Both the position numbers and the translations under genes were made by a program. From Psammoneis japonica (lineage: Eukaryota), in contig QPGO01000071.1 in the NCBI GenBank assembly GCA_008632985.1, positions 62,001 through 126,000 on the forward strand: DNA of 64,000 bases. Direction: 5' to 3'. Of the stretch, positions 24,846 to 37,014 are shown one piece after another (the first letter of the stretch is position 1; each line of letters begins with the position of its first letter). The notes beneath the pieces are model-generated. The model was not told where the DNA came from. It was given only the letters and a program-made list of their open reading frames with translations, and made no database searches.

Positions 24846-25596
24846 GGTTGTCGCTCTCTCCTAAGAATAAAATGTGCTCGAAAAGGAAGCAAACAAGGTG
24901 CTCGAAAAAGTGGACGGTGGGTGTCCAAATGACCGCATGAGATTTTTCCTCATGAAGAGCTCGAAAAGTGAAGTATTTGTTCATACGAAAACGTATTTCT
25001 TTACAAAAGGAAAGCAGAGCTCGAATAGAGTCATTTTGATGATTCAGCACAATGACAATATCACTGCTTACTTAGGTGATAATATTGGTTCGGTTTTATC
25101 GGGGTCATTAACTGTCTGTTGGACTTTTGCGAGAACGTCCTGCTCCTGTTGCCTTGGAATGATATGACTTGTCATATCTTCTGATAATTTTCTCAACGGA
25201 TAATAATGTACTCGTGAACGGATCAGAAGAAATCAAAAGAAGTCATTTTGACGATTCAGCACAATTATCGGTTATTTCGATTTGTGTCAAGGTCATTTTT
25301 GGACTTTGCACGATCGTCCTGCCGCACAATGTTTTTATGTAAGTCAAGATATATCATAAAATTCTCAACTGAAATTATATACGGGCATGAATCTTATCAT
25401 AAACAATGTTTATTAATGGTCGTATAAAGAACATTAACATTCACGGCCCACTTTTGCTGCGTTGCACGAAATCTTCGCGTCGTTGGTACAATTCCACGTA
25501 GATTTCTACGCGGACCGTCATTTTGAGGCACACGGCACTCTTTTCTGCCGGTCACTTGTGCCGTCGCATTGGCGTTGAGAGAGAAACGTTGCAACC

Positions 25597-26519
25597 ATGT
25601 CGAACGACACCAGCAACGGTAGCAGTAGCAGTCCACCTCCACAAGACAGCAAGGACGAAGAAAAGAAGCGTTTAGCGGAATTGGAAAAACAAGCCGTCGC
25701 CGAAGCCACCGCGTCTGCCGATGAGTCGTACGTACCGTCACCGTCACTCTTGAATGCCCCAACGGCAGAGCCTCTTCTCAAGCAAGTGGACGGTCCCAAA
25801 TTAAGTGTATACGAGGGAAAGGAGAGTGTCTATGCCGGACGAGCCGTGCCTGTGGCGCTTCGAGGACGGTTGGATGTTCCCATTCACGTGACGGCACCCG
25901 GATCGGTCGTGGAGTATACGGTGGAATCGAAAAATTATGATTTGGGATTTGGAATTACGGCAGAACGAGAAGAAGGAACGACGATTGTGAAGGTAAGGCG
26001 GGATGGAATTTGTTTATAAGTGTTTTTATGTGAATTACAGCATCATAACTCACCTCTCTCTCTTTTTTTCTTGTTTAGGACTTGTCTCGCGTCGACGCAC
26101 ACAAGGCTCCCGTGACGGGCAAGTTTCTCGTGGGCGCCGTACCGTGCATGTTGGTGTTTAGCTTTGACAATGAATATTCGTGGCTCCGTGAAAAGGAAGT
26201 CACCTATCGCGTAACCGTCACACCACCCGGTGTCGACATGATTGTGGCCGGTCGTCGCCGTCGTTGCAAGGCGTGTCTGGTGGCCGTGGAGGAGGATTTG
26301 AAATCGGCCTCGACGCGTTTGACCAAGACGGCGCAACAAAAATCAAACCTGACGAGTCAAGTGGAACAAGCGGAAAAGGCGTTGGTGGAATTGAAAAAGA
26401 GTTTGGATGTTGCCACAACGGAGGAATCGTGGTTGAAAACAAGAGTGGCGTTGCGAGAGGATCAATACAAGCAACTCAAACACAGACTTGATGTGGGATG
26501 GGAGGATGAAGAATCATAA
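25597..26519 (+). CDS. GOLD-domain protein with C-terminal coiled coil
   Basis: Intron 25993-26078 (GTAAGG..TTAG); YDLGFGI and LVFSFDNEYSWLREKEVTY GOLD signature. Confidence 0.85.
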
Positions 26520-26612
26520 ATTGTGTGTGTTTGACGCAATTAAGAATCTCTCTCATTACAATACTGTAGTTTCAAATGTATATCATTTTTTTATTGTTCG
26601 TTCCATGTCAAG

Positions 26613-28053
26613 TTATTTGCCACCCGTCAATTCATTGTAGGTGCGTACGAGAGCTTCGAGAAAGGTTTTGTTTTCTTCTTCGGTACCAATCGTTACCCGA
26701 ATGCATTCGTTGCAGTGCAATTCACTTCCCCTGTAGCGCGTCACCACTCCCCCGTCCGCCATCTGCAAAAACGAAAAGAAAAAATAGAGATGATCACGTG
26801 AGGCTTTTGCGCTCAAATCAAAAATACACAGAATCAGTAACACGATATTACAAACGCACCGCTTTGTACACTTCCTGTGCCTTTTGTTTCATGGAAAACA
26901 AGACAAAATTCGAGTCGGACGGATACACCTTGACGACAAAGTCCAGCGCGGCAAGTTGGGCCATGACGATTTCACGCTGTTCCAAAATGGACGCAATGTT
27001 GCTTTTCAATACATCAATGCTTTTTCCAAAGGCATTCAAGGCCACTTCTTCGGTGAGGGCATTGACATTGTAGGGTGCCTTGACATTATTCAAAAGCTGA
27101 ATGACATCGGGTGCACCGATGCAAAAGCCACAACGGATACCGGCCAAGCCAAACGCTTTCGACAAGGTTTGCAGCACGACCACATTAGGATACTTGTGTA
27201 CCAATTCCAACGCCGTGCCGCGGGTGGAAAAGTCAACATAGGCTTCATCGACCACCACAATTCCGTCATAGCGAGACGTAGCGAGCCTTTCCACATCCTC
27301 CAAGGGAATGGCCTTGGCGGTGGGATTGCCTGGGCTGCAGACAAACATGAGTTTGGTATTGGGAGTGACGGCATGGAGCATCTAAAATAGAAAAAGAAGA
27401 GTAAAGTTTGTTGGTAAGAACCGAGACAATAAAGCCAAAAACTCCGCAAGTTTCATCAACACACTCTCTCTTCACACAAGCATACAACATACCTCTGGTA
27501 TTTGCAAATCAAACTCGGGTGTCAATGGCACATTGACAATTTCCACGTCATTGACCTTGGCACAAACCTTGTACATGCCATAGGTGGGTGGTGTCGTCAT
27601 GATATTGTCTACACCGGGCCTACAAAAAATACGCATCAACAAATCAATCGCCTCGTCGGACCCAACACCGACAAAGACGTTGGCCGGTGTCAAACCAAAT
27701 CCACGGTATTGACAAAAGGCCTCTTTGAGGGGAACTTGGTATGGATCGGGATACCGTTCGAGCGTATTGTGATTGTCGTAGGGGTCCAACGAATTGGTGG
27801 GAAGTGATGTGGGACCATAGGCATTTTCGTTGGCATCCAACAAGACACCGCTGGAATAATCATCGCGGGCACAACGATACGGAGCCAAGGACAAAATGTT
27901 GGGACGTGCCAATCGAGCAGCGACACTCTGACCTTCTTGTTTCTTTTCTTCACAACTGCTACTGCTCATGGTTGTTGTTGTTGTTAGTCCTGAAGTTGAT
28001 GATAACAACACCAATAGAATCGTTGTTGCAAAAAAGTTAATCTTGATCGGCAC
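26613..28053 (-). CDS. HIS5: Histidinol-phosphate aminotransferase (start uncertain)
   Basis: LDANEN, RYPDP, GSDEAID, CSPGNPT, VDEAY, TLSKAFGLAGIR and RVTIGT; introns 27382-27492 and 26763-26859. Confidence 0.95.
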
Positions 28054-28751
28054 TCTCCCTCTCCCGATGGATTGGATGGTGGTTGATGCAAATGCTCAGT
28101 CGACGCGATGCTTCTTTCTTTGAAACGAGAGTGACAACTCGACTTCCACTTCAACATGTGCGTGTTTCAATGAGAAGCAAACGTGGTCCTTGTTGGTGCA
28201 AATACGCCGTACAATTCTACTTGGGTCGCGTTTCTGTGGATGAGTGGTGGGAGATTAACGTAGCTGTTTAGTACATTGTACGTGATGACATCATGTCGTG
28301 TACGACTCGGTGTCGGCACGCGTCATGCATCGGGGTTGTCAGTGCGCACAATTCGCGCGCTTGTCACGGCTGCGCGACAGACCATCAGAGCGTGCGAAAC
28401 CGACCAAGGCCTGACAACAATAGAGCGCTTGTTTTCAAACGAGATACATACTGCTGTAGTAACCTTACAAGCACTGCAAACAACTGCGGGGCTATCTGTC
28501 TATTACATGTACTACTTTGTTTTTATCAACAAATGCCAAAGGCGAGCCACAGCTTGTGCGTTCCATTTTAGCTCCGTTTTCCGTTTGTTGTCGTGTGTTT
28601 GAGTTTCGCGCCAAAAGTGCATTTTGTGTTTTTGATTCGGACAAGAACGGCAAAGTGGCAGTCGCTTCAAGCATTTAGACGCATGATACCACAAAGATGA
28701 AGGCCAAGGATTTGACATCCTGGCACGAGAGTGGTGGCTAACCAGGCCTGC

Positions 28752-29753
28752 TCATCCTTTTCTTGTGCGGATCAATCCATCTTTTTCGGCTCGCACCACA
28801 CACGCTTTTAAAGATTCCTTGAAAGAATCGGTTTTTCGGCATTTTCCTGCTTGATTGAGCATGGCTCCATTCTCGTCTAGTGTCATGGAACAGTGTTGAA
28901 TGGCACACACGGCAGCAATCACTGGTTCGTTTTGTTTCGCTTTGCTCGAGAGTGTTGTAGATTTGACGGGCGCAAACACAAATGGCTTTCCCACAACTCC
29001 AAGCTGCCCCTCACCACCTTTGCCAAAGGTATATACATCTCGCTGGTTTGCCGAAAGCACAACCGTATGATCGCCTCCAAGACTCACGTCTCGAATCTCG
29101 CATGAACCGCTGCTACCGTCCTTCATGGTGTCTTGGAGAAAGGTATTCAACACAAACTCGTTGCGCCATATACGACCTCCATCTCCCCAGGTATATCCTG
29201 CAGCACCGCCACTGGACGATCCCAATCCCAGCTGTTGCCAACGATCGCATCCCGCCACGTATAATTTCGTTCTCGAAACATCCAAAATAGCCGAGTGACC
29301 ACTCTCGGACAAGCCTCCGACATGGGCTCGCAGAGCGACACTGTCTATAGAAACTGGATGCGGTGTAATAATGGACGCCTTTCCTTTTGTTGTTGTTCGT
29401 CCAAGTTGACCCATAGAATTGCTGCTTCCCCACGAATAGGCAACGCCATCGGCGGTAATGCCAATCGAGTGTTTGGCACCATTTCGTGCTTGCGCCACAT
29501 GAACAAAGGACGGTTGTTGCTTCACGGCGGGATTCTTGTCCGATGACGAAGACATTTCACTCTTGTATTTTGCAGTGCAATGGTGGTGGTAATAATACTC
29601 GAGCCATTGTGATGTTTTCCACAGAGACGCATCATCATCATGTTGGCGGCACTTTTGCATATTACCGGTTGGATCAACGACTGACGCAGATTTTTCTGGC
29701 CGTCGCCCGTCTAGCAGACACACAAAAACGAAAAATCGCGATCCAAGACCCAA
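28752..29753 (-). CDS. RCC1-repeat protein (true start probably downstream of 29753)
   Basis: GAKHS..DG.AYSWGS.N.MGQLG and GGDHT...VYTFGKGGEGQLG repeats. Confidence 0.85.
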   Translation of the reverse strand: MGLGSRFFVFVCLLDGRRPEKSASVVDPTGNMQKCRQHDDDASLWKTSQWLEYYYHHHCTAKYKSEMSSSSDKNPAVKQQPSFVHVAQARNGAKHSIGITADGVAYSWGSSNSMGQLGRTTTKGKASIITPHPVSIDSVALRAHVGGLSESGHSAILDVSRTKLYVAGCDRWQQLGLGSSSGGAAGYTWGDGGRIWRNEFVLNTFLQDTMKDGSSGSCEIRDVSLGGDHTVVLSANQRDVYTFGKGGEGQLGVVGKPFVFAPVKSTTLSSKAKQNEPVIAAVCAIQHCSMTLDENGAMLNQAGKCRKTDSFKESLKACVVRAEKDGLIRTRKG

Positions 29754-30351
29754 CGGATGAAGCGCTCACATTTTTGCCGTCATTTTCATTCTCACAACAT
29801 TTTGCACAAAGACACAATGTACATTCAAGTCAATCCCCGGCAACCAGAGGATAATCCCCGAGATCTCCTTTGGATTATTGCAAAAAGAAAACTCAAGAAC
29901 GAGGACAAGATTGTTCTCTCGTCCGAGGTGGACCATTTCTGCTAGCGTTTCTCGAAACGATCTACCGATACGCATTGGTGGATACAATTACCTTGCTACC
30001 CATTCTCATTATTCTCAATTCACTGCTACTTTTGACTGTTCTTGAAGAGTTTGAAATGATGGAGTAAAGATTGGCAAGATTCGCTGTAATTGTCAAGCGC
30101 AAAATACCCATCCGGATGGATGCTTGGATCAGGGGAAACAAACGCAATGCAACGTGGTTTTGACAGCGGCGCCATTCCAACTCTACCGCAAAGTGATCAA
30201 TAGCGATCCCACGCATGCATCAAGAATGCAATATTGCGATACTTTTCACCTTCAATTAACAAAAAGGACCTCTTGTTTGTTGTTACTATTGAAATCTAAC
30301 TAAACCTATTCACAAAATTTTGCCGTGCTCCGCAAGCTTCCCATTCATGGA

Positions 30352-32093
30352 TTAATAACATCTGTTGGAATCAGATTGACTCGTGCTGGAATCGTCTGAC
30401 GGTGTTGGCGTATCGATAGCCAACTCGTCTTGGTTATTGTTTCCACTACGCTTTTGTTTCCAATCGTGCCATTTTCCCTTTAACCAATAGACAAAGAGTT
30501 CGGTGCCATTTCCATAAATCATGTAGGCTACCCATCCACTGAGAGCACCGTAATGAGTCTTGCCCAAGGCTACAATCACCATGGCTGTAATGACGGCAAT
30601 TACTGCATTGGTACGGAGCGACATTGGTGGTGGCGGCCGTGGTCCGACGTGTTGTTGTTGTTGTTGTTGTTGCGCCTCGCTGTTGTTTTTGTTTGAATCG
30701 GATACCAACAGTATAAAGCCTGTAGTTGTCAATCCCTGTCCTGCAATCGACAGCATGATACCAAGCACGGCATCGGGAATGGCATCAAACAATGTCAAGA
30801 CGGACGCTCCAAAAAAGATGGCCAAGAGGATTTTCCACGATCCCAAAAACACAACAGACGCTCCGTGTCGTGCTCCTAGTCGGTGTTGTCCAGCCAAACC
30901 ACCCGCCCCGTGACAATTGGGCATGGAACCAAAGGGACAAAGCAACAGATTCATGAGTCCGACACTAATGCTGACATCGCGTCGTGACACAACCGCGTCG
31001 TTGCTATTGCTGCCAACATTGGGCCTTCGTTTCTCGGGATAGAGGGAATGCGCCAGACAGCAAACCGAAATGACGGAATTGAGTGTGGTGAGCGGCAACT
31101 GCGGAATGGCTCCCTCGAGTAAGCCCACTTTGAAATCGTACCCCGTCACATCCTCAAGGGCCCAGACGGCAATGGGCGCACCAAACAAGGTCAGTGGCAA
31201 GTCGTACTGGCCATTGGCATTGTCGGTAGTGGCCAATTCGACAGCGGCAAAGACGATTCCCACCAAGAGCAAAAACAAACCAACGGGATAAAACTGGCGT
31301 CTACCACGTCCACAACAACAGCAACACCATATCCAGTCCCAAAACCCTCTAGGACGATCCTCTTGTTGTTGTTGTTGCATTTCTTCCTCTTGTTGCTGCT
31401 GCTTGGAGGTTCTCGTAACCAATACAAGCATAGCACAGCAAGGATAATAGCGAGAACAATACAATCGGCTTGATCAGCCCATCCCAGCGCCGCCACCGTC
31501 ACAATACCCTTGGTAGCTAACCGCAGCCCAACACCCACTTGCAATCCACTAACGACAGGTGATGGTATGATTATGTTTACCAACTCAATCAATTGCGACA
31601 AACCCAACAATACCATGAGAATCCCCATCCACAAACCGGCCGTTGTGACTTGCTCACGCGTCAATTCTTCTGCCAGTGCCACGGCCGCAATGGACTTCAT
31701 GGGTTGTACCGGCATGGGTACATCCCACATGTAGCCCGTAATGACATTGGACAGTCCGGCAAAAAATAGAGCTGGTGTCAAGTAAATGCTACGTTCGCGG
31801 GCCAAGGCCACCACGAGCGGAATGAGCGTACCCAAATCACCGCAACTGCCGGAAATTTCCTTGAGTGTTAGCTGAGACCACAGTGTTTTGGAGCGACGAA
31901 TAAACCATTGAATGGGATGATAATCACAATTTCGATTGTTTTCTTGTGATAATTCTTGCTCTGTCGTGGCTGTATCGTCTTCCAGAGGACAACAATCAGC
32001 GAGAACATTATGATTAGTGGAAGCACAAACGGCGGCGCTGTTGTTGTCGTCGTCGTGTGCTTGCTCAGGATCGGTTTGTTTCAGCGACTCCAT
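30352..32093 (-). CDS. Molybdate transporter, MOT1 family (frameshift near 31390)
   Basis: SGSCGDLGTLIP, PMPVQPMKSIAAVA, PQLPLTTLNSVISV and MPNCHGAGGLAGQHRLGAR motifs. Confidence 0.92.
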
Positions 32094-32299
32094 AGCTCTA
32101 GAGAGTATCTTTCGAGTATAGATTTATGCTCACTTGTGTGTTCAACAATACTACAGTAACAACATGAACACGCCGTCGACAAACTTCCCACGCCAAGATG
32201 AATTAGACGCAATAGTCTAGTTTCGATTGCTGCGGGAAGTTTGTGGGTGGCGTGAGCTGTTTGGAGTGTGTGAATGCGGTACGATTTGGGCGTGCGCGC

Positions 32300-33400
32300 T
32301 TCTTCCAGACTTGCAAATTCAGCAGTCAGCCAGCCAGCCAGATCAGATCAGTCAGTTTTCAGCAGTTCATTAGCACTCTCCATCACGAACAATGAGTTCA
32401 ATGAAAACAACAGTTTTGGTGTGTTTCCGGCCCTCTCCAAAAGCTTTGCAGTGCCACGCCACCATGTGCAAAGCACGCTAAGGACCCGTCCCCCTGCGCT
32501 GTTTGGCGGTGCACCCCCCCAGTCACTGTGAGAATGATGGCACAACCGAAAAATGGCATCTTTCATCACAGTTTGAGAAAAATCATGTCACACACTGCAG
32601 ACTGTGTCCCAAACTTTTTTGTGGCAGTGTCGGTGCCAAGTGGAACCTTGCCGGCTCCTGGCATTGTGCAAGTTGTGGCAGAGGGTCAGGAAGAAGAGAA
32701 AGACACTGCAGCTCTGCTGCACTTGAAAAAGGCTGACGCTCACAACATGATGACCATGCATGCCTGTGGTGGACCCAAGAGACAAGATCCTGTTCAACGA
32801 CCAATGCCGTTGTGGCAGGAGCACTCTGTTGGTGCTTTCCGGGACATCGTGCATCGTGCCATCTCCCAATTGTTCATGGAAGAATGGAAAGAGATCAAAG
32901 GTAAATGTCAGATGCAAGAATTGCACAAACATTGGCAAGACTGTCAGGTGCAACAACAACAAGACTCTGCCGCTGATCTTTTGTCATTGTGGTTCGAGCC
33001 CATGCAATTTGACAGTGACCCCACCAACGCCATTCAGTTTGCTTCTGCGTGATTCAATCTGGAACCCATTCCCAAGCCTCACATGATGGCAATCCATGGC
33101 ATGCAGCATCTTTCCTTGCAAGAGTCAGTGGCCAAAGATGGAGCGTGCATCAGAGAGACTCAAGGGTTGCAGCTTGCTTTTTGACTGTCCACAAGGTTTA
33201 ACTTGTGACACATTGAGGATGGCCTGGACAAGTGGCAAACATTGCGTTTGCTTGGATTGGCTTTCCAACCAACAACAGACAGAAGGCACTCCTTCACAGT
33301 CTTTCCAATCATTTTGAAACCAAACACAATTCACCTTGGACGCCACACGTTAGTGTCGCATGTGGGAATCCCGAATGCGACTTGCATGTGCGCGGCATGG
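32300..33400. other. Hypermutated island 2
   Basis: TpA nearly absent from about 32500 to 33340; TpG/CpA excess; composition returns to normal by about 33420. Confidence 0.85.
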
Positions 33401-33525
33401 TTGATTATTTTTCTGGGAATCCGTCTCTACTTTCGAAACAACGACGCATCCAGGCCGTGTCTCTTAGGAGTACACAAGGAAAATTGGCAGATTGGAAAGA
33501 GGTGTACCGAGTAGAAGTATTGTGA
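32535..33525 (+). pseudogene. Decayed 2H-phosphoesterase (cyclic phosphodiesterase-like) gene
   Basis: LSLWFEP, an in-frame TGA, then KPHMMAIHG, which reverts to EPHVTVIYG when CG and TA are restored. Second motif PHVSVACGNPE; 3' end VSLRSTQG looks unmutated. Confidence 0.65.
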
Positions 33526-33665
33526 ACAGAAATAACCTGATTTTGTTGATTCTGTTATGTTGTGAGAAATACTCAGACTTTTGCCCTCTATAACGAACTA
33601 GTAGCAAAGTAGGGTTTCCTTTGAATCGAGTGGGAGCAATATATGTACAATCGTTGTTCTTTCGC

Positions 33666-34421
33666 TTACAAGAGCCTACTTTTTGGACCAGACCTGTTTT
33701 CAATCAAGCCGTAGTTTCGTTGCAAGAGCAAGTGTTGTAACTCTGTGCTGTGTTCCAGAGACACAACTAAAAAGGCCGAAATCCACAAAGGATCGATTGC
33801 TGTGCCTAGTTTGTTGTATAACGATAGGAATGTCTTTGCCTCTCTTTGTCCTTGTTCATCCCACCAAGATGAAAAGAGGACCTCTCGTCCCCGCTCAAGC
33901 GCCAACTCTAGTCCGTCATTGATTACAAGTGAATCTACTAGTTGACTGCTGGAGAAGTCACACGTTTCACACTCGTCAGCACCACAAGGATAGAACAAGT
34001 TCCGATTCCGTGGCCATGCGTATTCGAATCGATCGCCCAATGGCCATACCGAAACGGCCTCGCCCCATTGGGAAGCATCTTGAACAGAAAAAGTCGCAAT
34101 GTGTCCAGTAGAAGGACGAACCATGTAACCGTTTAGTTGTTTTTCCAGGCACTCAAAGTACTCTGTGGAGTGAGGATCGTCATAGGTGCCGGGTATTAGC
34201 AAATCGGGCCTTGGGTGACAAATCTGGAAGTCTTTGTTGTTTGCCCAATCATGTCCGCGATACAAACATTTACCCTTTGAAACAGCGTATCGAAATGTTT
34301 CTGGAGTACAGTTGCAAATCAGGTCCGCTACCTCGTCAAGCGAATGTTGCTGTCGCAGCGAAAGAATGGCGGACAACACAAACGAAGCTCCTGCTCGTCG
34401 TGACACGAGCATGGCAACCAT
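33666..34421 (-). CDS. Hypothetical protein
   Basis: 251-aa ORF with normal composition (LYRG, RPSTGHI, WG..VSVWPLG); family not recognised. Confidence 0.65.
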   Translation of the reverse strand: MVAMLVSRRAGASFVLSAILSLRQQHSLDEVADLICNCTPETFRYAVSKGKCLYRGHDWANNKDFQICHPRPDLLIPGTYDDPHSTEYFECLEKQLNGYMVRPSTGHIATFSVQDASQWGEAVSVWPLGDRFEYAWPRNRNLFYPCGADECETCDFSSSQLVDSLVINDGLELALERGREVLFSSWWDEQGQREAKTFLSLYNKLGTAIDPLWISAFLVVSLEHSTELQHLLLQRNYGLIENRSGPKSRLL

Positions 34422-36469
34422 GCCATGAAATCAGAACAATGTTTGTTTTAGAATTTATTGTCAAGCATGAGACACTTTCATATTTCAATTGCGAAGCAAC
34501 CAAGGCGGCGACGCGGCGGCGAACAATGAACAATCCTGATGCATGCTTTTGACCGGATGCCGGTTGTACCGTATGTCGCCTGCTGGTTGCTGGCATGGAG
34601 TGCAGGACAGACGGTGATGGGGTGAAGAAACAAGAAACTAATTGAACTAACAGGTTCCTTTGTGGTTGAGTTTCAGGGCACATCTATCAGACAAGCTGCT
34701 CTGCTAGAGACCTGGCAATGGCACAATGGCTCACACTTTGGAGGCCCCACTGGGAGGCAGAGTGAAGAGAGAGAGTGGCACCAAAAAAGTCTCAGCGGAT
34801 GTGCCATTCCCACTTGAGATGCTGCAAGCAGCGTGTGAGCATGGTGAGACTGAACTGGACAACTGTGCATTGGATCTGGCCAAATTGTGCCAGGAAGCAT
34901 GCACCATGAAAACACAAACCAAAATCAATCATGCTGATTTGGACAACATTGCTGCCGACCGTCCCTTGTCTGCCATTTGCACAGGAACAGAGAAACACAA
35001 CTGGACACAACCAAGAAAAAGGCCGTTGCACTTGATGGCAATGCTGAAAACTCTGCAGCAGTGTCTTGGGATGACACATTCTTGCAGAATTGGACAAAAC
35101 GCCTGGCTCTGCATGCTACAGAGATTGAAGGTGGCACAAAAACATTGAAGCTGTGATGCTCCAATGTGCAAAGAATGCTGCTCACCAAGACCAACAACAC
35201 CTGGGAACTGCCACAGCATCCCAAATCAAAGTGGATTGCCCCTGCAGCCTCTGACACCATGCATGCCATCAGCAAACATGCTGGCAGTGCACACAAGAAG
35301 TTCAAGAGCCATCTTGAAGGAGGGGTCAAGTTTCACAAGGAAGACTTTGACATCATCCTTGGTGCTCATTTAGACTCCACTGAGTCATGGAAGATGTGCC
35401 ATTCCCACTTAGATGCAGGAATCTTTGTCAAAAAGCAGGTGGCGGTGCTCAGCAGAAGAAAAATGTGATTTTCTAGAAGCTGCCTCAGAGAGGAGAAATG
35501 GGCCTTGCAGAGAGAGGGGTGCTGAAGAGAGGAAATGAGCTCCAGGGTGGAGTGGCGCCAGGGGGGCAGAACTTGTTGCTCAGAGGAGAAGCGCCAGGCA
35601 ACAGTCAGCAGACAAAGCAGGAGGGGAGCCACCAAAACAGCAAGCAGCACAAAGCACCCACCTTTTGCAGCTGAGGCAGCCAGTCAGCATGGACCCACAT
35701 TCTGTCCTGTGAATGTCTTGGAGCTTTCTTGCATGGTGCACTTTGGTTGATGGGGGGTGAGTTGGTGCCAGGGGCAGGCAAGCCATGAGCCGGAGGAGTG
35801 GGGAGCTTTGGAGAGCAGCTGCATTGTCATTGGCCATTTGCACTGCTCAGGAGGAGGGTGAGGCAGTTTTTGATGTCACAGGTTCTTGGAGTTGGATGCC
35901 CACAATGTTGCCAACTTTCCAAAGTTCTGCAGGGAAAGGAAAGAAGGAAAGAAGGACATTGTGGACAGCAAGCTGATGCCTGTTGGGTTCAAGATGTTGA
36001 CAATGGTGTTCTGGGCCTGCCTCTTTGGCAGGGGTGCTGGTGTGATGCAAACACCGCAAACATTAACAGCAGCTTCTTGGCATGGTTTTCATGTGGTGTG
36101 GCAATGTCTGACAAGGGCAAAAAAGGCATTGAGGTGGTCTGCAGATGACTGGGCAGCATGGAAGGGTGGGTCAGAAGCATCAATGTCAGCCACAATCCAG
36201 AGGGCATGGTCATGCAGGGGGAAGCAAATTGGTGCAATGTGGGAGGCCATGATGGGCAGGGATGGCACCACCCACCGGGTGTCTTTGGCATGGTCAGTGA
36301 AGCTTCTTGAGGGAGGAAGGTGTGCTGGCAGAGATGGGCTTGCATCTGCAAATGGGACAGGATGAAGTGGAGACATCCATTGTCCATTGTCACAATTTGT
36401 AAAGTGTGAGATGGGATGCTTGGGCCAGTCTTGCATGTGGAAGCATGCAGGCACTGGCCCAGAAGCAGA

Positions 36470-37014
36470 AGATGTGCAGTTTCTGCTGGAAGGGAGTTTG
36501 ACTTCACACTTGCAGTGTCTTGTCTTTTGGGGGAAGTGGAACAGTGCAGAGAGACAGGATTTGTTTTGACATTTTTGTGTCAGTCCACGTTGCCACATTT
36601 TTCACTCCTGCAGCAGGAAAAGCCAGAGCTGACCTTTTTTTTAATGGCAGAGAATGGTTGGATGTTTCAATGAAATCCCAGTCTGCTGTTTTGTCGCCCA
36701 CTTCTTTGTCTTTGCTGCAATTGGAACCAAGATGTTCTTCTTTGGGCAGATGCAGTTTTCTCAAGATAAAGCAATCCTCCTTCATCAACAATGTTGAGCT
36801 GCTCTAGGCACTTGATGCAGTGCTGTTCATGAGTGGGGACATCCGCCACCTTGGCAAGCATGGTTTTCTCAACAAAAACTTCAGACAATTGATCCGGAGA
36901 CAACTCACATTCAACGGCTCATTCCTCAATGCATTCATCACCAATGGCTCCCAAGTGCATGGTGATTTGTCTGCCAACAGCCAAGCAGGTTGCAGGAAGG
37001 TGAAAGAGAAAGAT
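36470..37014 (-). pseudogene. Hypermutated 3' fragment and 3' flank of the 43-46 kb membrane-protein gene family
   Basis: SPDQLSEVFVEKTMLAKVADVPTHEQHCIKCLEQLNIVDEGG aligns with SPDQLSEILVEKTMLAKAADIPIHEQYRIKYQEQLDIIDEGG; DNA aligns with about 44630-45143. Confidence 0.95.
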
